This document shows positions 38,050-46,876 of a stretch of 64,000 nt of DNA, in pieces. Under the pieces are notes generated by a model that saw only the letters and a list, made by a program, of their open reading frames with translations, was not told where the DNA came from and made no database searches. This DNA comes from an uncultured SAR86 cluster bacterium (GTDB lineage Bacteria; Pseudomonadota; Gammaproteobacteria; Magnimaribacterales; D2472). The stretch lies in contig CACADH010000001.1 of assembly GCA_902531245.1 (NCBI GenBank), forward strand, positions 18,490 through 82,489, written 5' to 3'. Each line of letters begins with the position of its first letter. The stretch's first letter is position 1. The position numbers and the translations under genes are program-made.

Positions 38050-39894
38050 ATGAAAAAATTCCTTTCAATATTGTTGTTCAACGTTTCTATTTTGGCTAAT
38101 ACAGATTGGTCCAATCCCAATGAATGTGTCTTACCAGATCACTCTAAGTTTATTAAAAGCATGGTTAATGGAATGACATTGGAACAAAAAGTAGGCCAAA
38201 TAATAATGCCTGAAATTAATAGCGTCACTCCTGAAGAGGCAAAAAGATTTCATTTTGGAACTATTTTAAATGGTGGTGGAGGTTTTCCAAATCAAAATAA
38301 AGACAGTGATATACAAGACTGGAAAAATTTAAGTAAAAATTACTTTGACGTTTCTACAGAGGTTAATGGAATTAAGATTCCAATATTATGGGGTACTGAT
38401 GCTGTTCATGGACATAATAATGTTATTGGAGCAACTATTTTTCCTCACAATATCGCTTTGGGTGCAACAAGAAATCCTAAGCTTATACAGAAAATTGGAA
38501 GCGCTGTAGCAAAAGAGGTTGCGTCTACTGGAATTATTTGGACATTTGCACCAACCATTGCTGTACCCCAAAATGATTTATGGGGCAGAACTTATGAAGG
38601 GTATTCTGAAAATACTCAATTAGTTACTGAGCTTGGTAGAAATTTCATTCTAGGGTTGCAAGGAATAGATAAAAACTTTTTAGATAATGATCATGTATTA
38701 GCTACAGCAAAACATTTTATCGGAGATGGTGGCACTGACAGGGGTATTGATCAAGGAAATACTATTGTTAATGAAGATACTTTAAAGAGCGTTCATGGAG
38801 TTCCTTATTATGCAGCAATTGACTCTTGTGCTTTGTCAGTAATGGCGACCTTTAATTCATGGAATGGTGTAAAAACTCATGGTAATAAATATCTCTTAAT
38901 AGAGGTTTTAAAGTCACAAATGGAATTTAATGGTTTTATAGTTGGTGACTGGAATGGTCATGGTCAAATACCTGGTTGTGAAGATGCAAACTGTCCTAAA
39001 GCATTTAATGCAGGTGTAGATATTTATATGGTTCCACAAGAATGGGAACCATTGTATTGGAATACTCTTGATCAGGTAAGAAATGGAATTATTACAGAAG
39101 AAAGACTTGATGATGCAATTACTAGAATTTTAACTGTTAAAAAATATCTTGGATTATTTGATGGCAGGGTCCCTCATATTTATAAGCAAAATTATATAGG
39201 CATCTCAGACCACAGAGATCTTGCAAGACAAGCTGTAAGAGAATCTATAGTATTACTAAAAAATAATAATTCTTTACCAATGAACCCATCTAAGAAATTT
39301 TTAGTAGTTGGAGAAATGTCTAAATATATTGAGAATCAAATGGGTGGATGGACAATAACTTGGCAAGGTAAAACCTGGGAAGGTACAAAGATATCAAATG
39401 ATGACTTCCCTAACACAAATAGTATTTATGAGTCTTTATCAAACCACGTCGAAGAATTTGGCGGAAATATTGAGTTTTCTGAAGATGGTTCATACACAAT
39501 CAAACCTGATTATGTAATTTTTGTTTATGGTGAAACACCATATGCAGAAGGTGAGGGAGATATTAATAACCTCAATTTTTCAAAAAATAATAAAGAAAAC
39601 ATCCAAAAAATGAAGCTTTTCCAAGAGAAAGGTATCTCAGTAATTTCATTGTTTATTTCTGGAAGACCAATGATTACTGATAAAGAGATCCAATACTCAG
39701 ATGCTTTCGTACCTATATGGTTACCAGGCACTGCTATTGAAGGAATAAATGATGTAATTTTTAGTAAGCTTGATGGCTCTATTAATTATGATTTTAAAGG
39801 TAGATTATCTTTTTCTTGGCCCGCACAAGATTCTGAAACTCCCTTTAATTATTCTCCATTATTTCAATATGGATATGGACTAACTTACGAATAA
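38050..39894 (+). CDS. Periplasmic glycoside hydrolase family 3 beta-glucosidase
   Basis: 614 aa with a signal peptide, MTLEQKVGQ, GTDAVHGHNNV, KHFIGDGGT, and GFIVGDWNG holding the nucleophile Asp. Confidence 0.92.
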   Translation: MKKFLSILLFNVSILANTDWSNPNECVLPDHSKFIKSMVNGMTLEQKVGQIIMPEINSVTPEEAKRFHFGTILNGGGGFPNQNKDSDIQDWKNLSKNYFDVSTEVNGIKIPILWGTDAVHGHNNVIGATIFPHNIALGATRNPKLIQKIGSAVAKEVASTGIIWTFAPTIAVPQNDLWGRTYEGYSENTQLVTELGRNFILGLQGIDKNFLDNDHVLATAKHFIGDGGTDRGIDQGNTIVNEDTLKSVHGVPYYAAIDSCALSVMATFNSWNGVKTHGNKYLLIEVLKSQMEFNGFIVGDWNGHGQIPGCEDANCPKAFNAGVDIYMVPQEWEPLYWNTLDQVRNGIITEERLDDAITRILTVKKYLGLFDGRVPHIYKQNYIGISDHRDLARQAVRESIVLLKNNNSLPMNPSKKFLVVGEMSKYIENQMGGWTITWQGKTWEGTKISNDDFPNTNSIYESLSNHVEEFGGNIEFSEDGSYTIKPDYVIFVYGETPYAEGEGDINNLNFSKNNKENIQKMKLFQEKGISVISLFISGRPMITDKEIQYSDAFVPIWLPGTAIEGINDVIFSKLDGSINYDFKGRLSFSWPAQDSETPFNYSPLFQYGYGLTYE

Positions 39895-39896
39895 TT

Positions 39897-40796
39897 ATGA
39901 ATAGGGCTTTATTGGTAGATGTTGGTGGGACCAATATGAGATACGCACTAGCAAATTATTCAGATGATGATCTATCAGATATAAATAAAATACCTTTCGA
40001 TCATGAAAAATTTGAAAATTTTATTGAAGAAATAATCGATACCAACGATGTGGATACATTAATAATATCAATTGCAGGCCCTAAAATTAACAATACTATA
40101 ACAATGACTAATAGGGCTTATACTTTTGATGCAGATAATATTAAGAAAAAATTTAACTTAAAAGAATGTGTTCTTTTAAATGATTGGGAGGCAATAGCCC
40201 ATAGCTATGATTTTATTTCTAATGACATTTCGTATATTAAGTCAGGATCAAAATTTAATGATGTAAAGTTATTTTTAGGACCTGGAACTGGACTAGGAGC
40301 TGCCATATCTGTTGGAAATAAAATTGTACTTCCAACAGAAATTGGCAATACAAATAATTCAAATTCTTTTCTGCAAAGAAACTACAATCTTAAAAATAAT
40401 GAAGATCTTATTTTAGAGGACTTAGTTTCAGGTTCGGCTATATCTAAAATCTATCAATCAAAAACAAACCTTAAATTAACATCAGAAGAGATTTATAAAA
40501 AGTATATTGATAAAGATGATAATGCAATTGAAGTTATAGAAGGTTTTATAAAAGCTTTAGGAGAAACATTATCTGATTTAGCACTCACTTTTATTCCAGG
40601 AGACGGGATTTTACTAGCTGGCAGTCTAATAAGATCTATTTACTCTAGTATAAATAAAGACGAATTTAATGAAGTCTTTATTGGTAAAAAAAATGATGTA
40701 CACAAAGAAATGCTAGATATGATCTCAATCGGAGTAATTACAAAAGAAAAAACTCCACTGTATGGCAATTTTAGTTTATTTAAAAAACTTAACTAA
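39897..40796 (+). CDS. glk: Glucokinase
   Basis: 299 aa with LLVDVGGTNMRYAL and LGPGTGLG. It directly follows the GH3 gene. Confidence 0.8.
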   Translation: MNRALLVDVGGTNMRYALANYSDDDLSDINKIPFDHEKFENFIEEIIDTNDVDTLIISIAGPKINNTITMTNRAYTFDADNIKKKFNLKECVLLNDWEAIAHSYDFISNDISYIKSGSKFNDVKLFLGPGTGLGAAISVGNKIVLPTEIGNTNNSNSFLQRNYNLKNNEDLILEDLVSGSAISKIYQSKTNLKLTSEEIYKKYIDKDDNAIEVIEGFIKALGETLSDLALTFIPGDGILLAGSLIRSIYSSINKDEFNEVFIGKKNDVHKEMLDMISIGVITKEKTPLYGNFSLFKKLN

Positions 40797-40839
40797 ATAG
40801 CCATAAATTTAGAAAGTTTGTGTATAATTTGCAACCAAT

Positions 40840-41034
40840 ATGGCTGATAAAAAACAAACCAAAGTATATTTAATTCCTGAAGATGAGACTAGAGATAGTC
40901 ATACATATCATTACACAGCTATTAAAACTAGAAAGTTCACTCTTGAAAATAAAAAAATGCGTTTAAAAAAATTTAATCCTGTTAAAAGAGTTCATGAGTG
41001 GTTTGTTGAAGCAAAGCTTCCGCCTCACAATTAA
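40840..41034 (+). CDS. Divergent ribosomal protein bL33-like protein
   Basis: 64 aa. HTYHYTAIKTRK...KKMRLKKFNPVKRVHEWFVEAKL aligns with E. coli L33 HFYTTTKNKR...[23 protein letters not shown]. It is not adjacent to rpmB. Confidence 0.6.
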   Translation: MADKKQTKVYLIPEDETRDSHTYHYTAIKTRKFTLENKKMRLKKFNPVKRVHEWFVEAKLPPHN

Positions 41035-42137
41035 TTCTTAGTCAACCTAATTGCTGTTGATGATATATCATCTCTAAAGGTATTTTCTTCAATACCAGTA
41101 CATCTATCCTTGATTAATTCAGGCACTTTTATTTTATCTAGTGAAATGAATCGTTTATTTACTTTTCTTCCGAATACCAAAAAGTTAATATTGTGATCAT
41201 TAAATCTTTGGATATGTTCCATCATATCTTTGTAATTTTTATAAAATTTCTCATCAAATACTCGCAATAATGTATCTGCCCCAATTATAAAAACTGAGTT
41301 AGGAAACATTTCTGCTTTTTCACTAAATCGCCCTGCTGAGGTTAACATCCAGCTTTCATCATTTTGAAATTGATCAATTGTTTTTTTTATTTCATAAAAA
41401 GTTAATGGCGGTTTATCTGCGTTTTTTGCGCAGATTTCAAATGTAGTATGCATACCAGTTTTTTTCTCAGCTAATTCTTTCATTTTTATATGTCCCTCGT
41501 GAAGAGGGTTAAAAGATCCAGGGAAAATAAGTTCAGGGTTATTTTTGTTATTAGAAATGTAACCCACCTTATTATTGAATAGTTTTTCCCATGGTTTTTC
41601 AGCATCGACTTGATCAATAACAATCTCTTCCTTAATGGAAGGAAGGTCAAAATCAAATCCACATGAATTTGCTAAAAGGCTAATAACACATCCAGTAATC
41701 AACTCTTCCTCTTCTTCCCTTGTTCTTTTACCCTTATCTAAATAACACTCTAGATGTTTTGTGTAGTTATAAGCTTGTATGACTATAAAAAATTTATGGT
41801 CTCCTTTTTTTTCATAAGTGGTTGCTAGATTTGCTGTAATAGCAACTCCAATAAGATATTTGCTTTTAGACTCATTATCAATCTGTTTTGACTTTTTAAA
41901 CGCATTTGCTGCCATGCTAAGACATGTTTCTAAAGAGCAATAATGATCTGGTTTTTTATTTAAAAATGAATCCATAGATTCTTTAGAATAGGGGATGTAT
42001 GACTCCAATATTGTATTACTTGCTCCTGGAACTTTTAATAGAGCTGAAATAGCATTTGTTCCTCCACCACTAGAAACGATCGTCAATTTATATGGCGAAG
42101 AATGGATCTTGTTTACGATTTTTAAGTATTTTTTCAA
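41031..42137 (-). CDS. Fusion protein: CinA/PncC-like domain plus NMN/NaMN adenylyltransferase-like (cytidylyltransferase) domain
   Basis: 368 aa. The N-terminal SSGGGTNAISALLKVPGASNTILESYIPYSKES matches the PncC pattern TAESCTGG...GSS...Y-S-E. The C-terminal half has GSFNPLHEGH (HxGH) and ISSTAIR. Confidence 0.7.
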   Translation of the reverse strand: MKKYLKIVNKIHSSPYKLTIVSSGGGTNAISALLKVPGASNTILESYIPYSKESMDSFLNKKPDHYCSLETCLSMAANAFKKSKQIDNESKSKYLIGVAITANLATTYEKKGDHKFFIVIQAYNYTKHLECYLDKGKRTREEEEELITGCVISLLANSCGFDFDLPSIKEEIVIDQVDAEKPWEKLFNNKVGYISNNKNNPELIFPGSFNPLHEGHIKMKELAEKKTGMHTTFEICAKNADKPPLTFYEIKKTIDQFQNDESWMLTSAGRFSEKAEMFPNSVFIIGADTLLRVFDEKFYKNYKDMMEHIQRFNDHNINFLVFGRKVNKRFISLDKIKVPELIKDRCTGIEENTFRDDISSTAIRLTKN

Positions 42138-42200
42138 TTGAGTAAATATTTATATGTTTATTTTAACCCAATAATAAGAATTCATTGTTAGAATAAATTC

Positions 42201-43055
42201 ATGAAGATCATAAATTACGTAATCTGTATTTTACTACTCGTTTTTGCTTATGATCTCGAATCAAATCCAATCAATAAAGTAACTTATGCGTTATGGGATA
42301 AGCCAGATGTTGATATTTCTTATACTTTACCAAAAGAAATAAATAAAGATACTAAGGTTTTATTTATTATTCATGGCCAATCCAGAGATATAAAAAAATA
42401 TTTAAATCTATGGCTTGATGCTTCAAATAATAAAAATGTAATTTTAGTTGCACCTCATTTTAAAAAAGAAAATTATCCTTACTTTGCAACTTTAGAGACA
42501 GCAACCTCATCTGGAAAAGTATTAAATAATCAATCTAATAATTTAAGAGATTCGATATCTTCTTTTTACAACTATTTCCAGAGCAAATATGACCTTAAAA
42601 CTTCTACGTATTTAATATTTGGTTTTTCTGCTGGATCTCAATTTGTTCATAGGTATTTAATGTATGGCGAAGACACCAGGGCTGAGAAAGTAGTTCTTGG
42701 AAGCGCTGGTTGGTATACCTTTTTAAATAATGAAAAATTTCCATATGGCACTAGAAATATGCCTATTGAAAGATCCCGTTATGAGTGGTTTTTATCTAGA
42801 CAGGTCTTATTTATCCTTGGAGCTCAAGATGACGATGAAGACCATGCGACTCTAAATACAAGTCGTGGTGCAAGAAAGCAGGGCGATCATAGATATCAAA
42901 GAGGCCAGAATTACTTTAAATCACTAATAAATTTTGGAGAAAAACATAGCATACCTTTTAGATGGAGATATAAAGTAGTGCTTGATTTAGATCATAGCAC
43001 TGAGGCTATGACTAAAGAGGCCATTCCTTTTTTACTTGAAGGACTTGATTATTGA
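42201..43055 (+). CDS. Secreted alpha/beta hydrolase
   Basis: 284 aa with a signal peptide, LFIIHGQSRD and the nucleophile elbow GFSAGSQF. Confidence 0.6.
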   Translation: MKIINYVICILLLVFAYDLESNPINKVTYALWDKPDVDISYTLPKEINKDTKVLFIIHGQSRDIKKYLNLWLDASNNKNVILVAPHFKKENYPYFATLETATSSGKVLNNQSNNLRDSISSFYNYFQSKYDLKTSTYLIFGFSAGSQFVHRYLMYGEDTRAEKVVLGSAGWYTFLNNEKFPYGTRNMPIERSRYEWFLSRQVLFILGAQDDDEDHATLNTSRGARKQGDHRYQRGQNYFKSLINFGEKHSIPFRWRYKVVLDLDHSTEAMTKEAIPFLLEGLDY

Positions 43056-43058
43056 TAA

Positions 43059-44555
43059 CTAAGTTGTATTTTTTTCAATAAATTCTTCTGCTTTCATAAA
43101 GATCATTTTTTTTCTATCTTTTTCCATTTTAGCTAGTGACCTAGTCATAACAGATAATCTTGGGTTTGATTCAAAAAATTTAATATTTTTATCAATAAAC
43201 TTCCAATACAAACCATCAACAATATCGCACCATTCACCTTTTTTATAATTTGACATTCTGAGCATGTAACTTGAACCACAGATATATGGTTTTGTCGAAA
43301 AAATACCGCCATCTGCATAAGATCCCATTCCATAAACATTAGGAACCATGACCCAATCATATGAGTCTATATACATTTCCATAAACCATTTATACATTTC
43401 ATTTGGATTGATCCCAGATAGATTCATTAGATTTGCAATAATCATTAATCTATTAATATGATGTGAATAAGCAAATTCTTCTGATTCTTTAATAGCATCA
43501 TCCAATGGAGGTATTCCAGTATTACCTGTATACCAATTTTCATTTAACTTTCTTTTATGAGACCAAAAATTTAAATTTTTGTATTGTGGCATATTTTCCC
43601 AATACACTCCCTTTATAAATTCTCTCCATCCTAGAATCTGTCTTATAAAACCTTCAACTGAATTTATAGGGATTTTACCTTTTGATTTGTTGTATTTTGT
43701 TATAGCTTTTTCTATGCATAACAATGGATCTAACAGACCACAATTAAGGTAGGGTGATAATAAAGAATGAAACATAAAAGTATTATCTTTGTTTATTGCA
43801 TCCTGAAATGCACCATAATTTTCAAGATATCTATCTAGAAAATCGTCTAAAAGAATCTCTGCATCTTCGTGAGAAGTTGCCCAATTAAAATTTTCTAAAT
43901 TGCCTACAGATTTTGGAAAACACTCTTCAACATCAACCATAGCATCAAAGGTAATTTGATCTGGTTTTATTTTTTTACGTCTTGGTATATCAGATTTAAG
44001 TTGCGATATTCCTTTTCTATTATCTTTATCGAAATTCCACTTATCACCAATAGGTTTATTTTCATCAGTCATAAATATGTTGTATTTTTTTCGAAGCCAT
44101 CTGTAATAATATTCTTGGATTCTAGTTTTTTTATCTGATGCCCAATCAGCAAAATCATCAGCACTAGATATAAATTTTTTATCTTCTAGTATTTCTAAAC
44201 CTAGATTATTTGATTGGCAAAAAAACATAAGTTCTTTATTTACTTTATAGTCAGATGGTTTAGAAATAACTATGTTGGTTATCTTATTTTCTTTTATTAT
44301 TTTTTTTAAATAAGAATTAAAATCTAATTTATTTTTTTTAGATATTTTATGATGAATTATATTTTTATGATCAATAGTTTCTATGAAATGTCTAAATGCA
44401 GAGATAATAAAAGTGATTTTTTGTTTATGATGTTTTATTTCGTAAAAGGTATCGATCGGTTCATAAAATAATATCAAATCTTCATTATTTAAATTTAATA
44501 ACACGGGGTTATTAATTGAAAGTTGATCAGCAAAAATAATTCTCAAACATTTCAT
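43059..44555 (-). CDS. Cryptochrome/photolyase-related protein (COG3046 / FeS-BCP-like)
   Basis: 498 aa with SPYLNCGLL, GWREFI and SHHINRLMIIANL...YDWVMVPNVYGM, typical of the photolyase-related CryB/PhrB group. Confidence 0.85.
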   Translation of the reverse strand: MKCLRIIFADQLSINNPVLLNLNNEDLILFYEPIDTFYEIKHHKQKITFIISAFRHFIETIDHKNIIHHKISKKNKLDFNSYLKKIIKENKITNIVISKPSDYKVNKELMFFCQSNNLGLEILEDKKFISSADDFADWASDKKTRIQEYYYRWLRKKYNIFMTDENKPIGDKWNFDKDNRKGISQLKSDIPRRKKIKPDQITFDAMVDVEECFPKSVGNLENFNWATSHEDAEILLDDFLDRYLENYGAFQDAINKDNTFMFHSLLSPYLNCGLLDPLLCIEKAITKYNKSKGKIPINSVEGFIRQILGWREFIKGVYWENMPQYKNLNFWSHKRKLNENWYTGNTGIPPLDDAIKESEEFAYSHHINRLMIIANLMNLSGINPNEMYKWFMEMYIDSYDWVMVPNVYGMGSYADGGIFSTKPYICGSSYMLRMSNYKKGEWCDIVDGLYWKFIDKNIKFFESNPRLSVMTRSLAKMEKDRKKMIFMKAEEFIEKNTT

Positions 44556-44679
44556 ATTATTGTGAATAGAATAGGTGCAATAAAACCATTCTATATTAAT
44601 AAATGCATTTTTTTAAAATACAAAAAATTAATTTTTTATTTTTAACCATTACTTTACTAACTTTATTTATAATCTAACT

Positions 44680-45411
44680 ATGCATTCGTTATATAAATAT
44701 TCATTAATCACCATTTTTCTTATCTCTTGTTCTTCTGAAAATGATAAAGGGGGGATAGAGGCAAATTTATTAATCTCTCCAGATTATCAATTTTCTAGTG
44801 AATTTTTTGAATGCAAATTAAATGACGGTTTTACTTTATTAAATCTAGAATCATTTCTTTCAAGTTTGGTAAGAAAAGAATCAATTAAAAGTGATGGCGA
44901 TTACGATATTGAAGTTTTTTTTCCTAAGTCAAACTATGTAAATGAATTCATACTTAATTTAAAAAATTATTCTATCGATGATATTTACAGCAATTTTTTA
45001 GATGAACTTAGTACAGCAGGTTTTGATGAAATTGCTGGATGTAAATTTGATAAAAATGGATATAAGGGTTTATCAATAATTGATCAAGAATTTAAAGAAC
45101 CTGCTTATGTCAATGAATTATTAAGTTGTAATTATAATGACGGTTTTAACTATGGTACTTTTAGAGTTGCTATTGAAAAGTTTGCTAATGAAATAAATAA
45201 TTTAAAAATACCTTACGAGGTTATTTATTATCAGACTGATAGTTCACCAGGAAGTTTTATTTGGATAAATAATTTCTATTCAAAAGATTTTTCAGATGTA
45301 ATTTCTACAAACTGGATTAACAATCCAGAAGCAAACGAAATAAAGAATGAATTTGAAGAAAATGCATCATGTATTGATGCAAAGATGTACGATGCATTTC
45401 TTATCACATGA
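44680..45411 (+). CDS. Lipoprotein with two tandem Cys-pair domains, same family as 15424 and 30429
   Basis: 243 aa with the lipobox FLISCSS. Both halves carry the family pattern: FFECKLNDGF...AGCKFDKNGY and LLSCNYNDGF...ASCIDAKMYDAF. Confidence 0.55.
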   Translation: MHSLYKYSLITIFLISCSSENDKGGIEANLLISPDYQFSSEFFECKLNDGFTLLNLESFLSSLVRKESIKSDGDYDIEVFFPKSNYVNEFILNLKNYSIDDIYSNFLDELSTAGFDEIAGCKFDKNGYKGLSIIDQEFKEPAYVNELLSCNYNDGFNYGTFRVAIEKFANEINNLKIPYEVIYYQTDSSPGSFIWINNFYSKDFSDVISTNWINNPEANEIKNEFEENASCIDAKMYDAFLIT

Positions 45412-45470
45412 ATAATTAGAATAAATAAGGAGCATATTGGTCTCTTTTTTATTATAATTTCCCGTCTAAT

Positions 45471-45546
45471 GCGGGTGTGGTGTTAACGGCTAGCACAATA
45501 GCCTTCCAAGCTATTGGTACGGGTTCGAATCCCGTCACCCGCTCCA
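45471..45546 (+). tRNA. tRNA-Gly (anticodon UCC)
   Basis: 76-nt cloverleaf: acceptor GCGGGTG/CACCCGC, anticodon stem ATAGC/GCTAT with loop CTTCCAA, T-arm ACGGG-TTCGAAT-CCCGT, encoded CCA. Confidence 0.93.
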
Positions 45547-45602
45547 ATAAAAGTCCATAAAAATCTTTATAAAAAAAACTATAACTTTTTTTCAAAAAAG
45601 TG

Positions 45603-45630
45603 TTGACAAGATTTCTAGTAGGAGTAATAT
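45603..45630 (+). promoter_or_regulatory. Sigma70 promoter of the repeat-encoded RNA, copy 2
   Basis: Identical TTGACA-16 nt-TAATAT arrangement to 36130..36157. Confidence 0.6.
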
Positions 45631-45637
45631 TACTAAT

Positions 45638-45858
45638 ACGGATGGCAACCGACTAGTGACCAACTGCAGACGGGAGACCTAGAGAGAAGCCAGAAGAAGA
45701 GACCGAAGGGTGAAAGCATTTACAAGAGTCGATGAGAAAAAATAGCTTGTAGATCCACCAAGGATTCAAGAGAAAGGATCCAAGGCGCTAAAGAAAATCT
45801 CACTTTAGACCCCTGAGGAATCGAACTAAGAAAACAGAGCAAGCCTCTGTTTTTTTTT
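45638..45858 (+). ncRNA. Candidate structured small RNA of unassigned family, copy 2
   Basis: Identical to 36165..36385. No same-strand gene follows: the next gene is convergent. This argues for a stand-alone RNA rather than a leader. Confidence 0.55.
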
Positions 45859-45871
45859 GCCTAAAATTTCA

Positions 45872-45898
45872 TAAAAAAAGCAGGTAAATATACCTGCT
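45872..45898 (-). terminator. Intrinsic terminator of the prepilin peptidase gene (minus strand)
   Basis: AGCAGGTA-aata-TACCTGCT hairpin, followed on the minus strand by T7. Confidence 0.65.
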
Positions 45899-45947
45899 TT
45901 TAAGACCTAGGGGATATGAATCAAGAGGATATTCAAAGGCCTTCTAT

Positions 45948-46793
45948 TTATATGACTATAGAAAAGCCTAAAAGTTCAGAATTTTTAAAAATAAAGTAAA
46001 AAAGAGAACCTAAAATTAAAAATGATCCAAGCGGAAGGCCCTCTTTGAATTTATCTTTATAAAAAATATAAGACATACATCCCAACAATGAACCAAGAAA
46101 GAGAATCAGAGGTAAAGAAACGGGCCCAAATATTGATCCAATAGCTCCAAATAAAATAAAGTCACCGCCCCCGATACCATCTTTGTTATATATTGATTTA
46201 AAAATAAAGTTAACAATCCAAAGGAACATGTATCCAATAATAAAGCCATACAAAGAAAAAGATAAAGCAGATATATTAAATAAATATAGCTGTTCATCAA
46301 TAAATATATAAAAGAAATAATTACTCATAAAGCCTGAAAGTATTAATAAAATATTTATTGAGATGGGTAAAAAATAAAATTTTAAATCTAAAAAAAATAA
46401 AATATAGAAAAAAGCAAAAATTAGAAATAAAAATAACGAATATTCTGAAATACCATATAAAAATATTAAATAAATACCCATAAGAAAAAATATTAGTTCT
46501 GTCACTGGATAAAATATAGATATTTTAGATTTACATGATTTGCATATACCTTTTTGCAGAAGATAACCAATCAATGGGATAAGAAAAATTAATTGAATTG
46601 ATTTATTACAATTTGGACAAAATGACCTAGGGAAAAATAAATTTATTTTTTCTGATGAATGTGGCGATAGTCTATATATAACCAAAGAAGTTAAGCTTCC
46701 AATTGATAGGAATAACAACGAAAGAAGAATTAATTCAATTGTATTAAATGAATTTAGATCATTAAAATGATTAAAATTATAGATGTTGGCCAA
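45948..46793 (-). CDS. Prepilin peptidase / N-methyltransferase (A24 family, GspO/PilD)
   Basis: 281 aa with the Cys-rich loop CPNC...CKSC, multiple TM helices and the GGGDFILFG active-site motif. Confidence 0.88.
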   Translation of the reverse strand: MANIYNFNHFNDLNSFNTIELILLSLLFLSIGSLTSLVIYRLSPHSSEKINLFFPRSFCPNCNKSIQLIFLIPLIGYLLQKGICKSCKSKISIFYPVTELIFFLMGIYLIFLYGISEYSLFLFLIFAFFYILFFLDLKFYFLPISINILLILSGFMSNYFFYIFIDEQLYLFNISALSFSLYGFIIGYMFLWIVNFIFKSIYNKDGIGGGDFILFGAIGSIFGPVSLPLILFLGSLLGCMSYIFYKDKFKEGLPLGSFLILGSLFYFIFKNSELLGFSIVI

Positions 46794-46876
46794 TTTAATT
46801 TTTTTTAGTTATGTAAAAGCAAAATGTTAGAAGAAGAATAACAGGTATCGCATAAGCCCCAATTATTAATAGCTTA

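Larger units (their letters stand above)
45572..45870 (+). repeat. 299-bp direct repeat, copy 2 (100% identical to 36099..36397)
   Basis: See copy 1. It begins 25 nt after tRNA-Gly(UCC). Confidence 0.95.
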
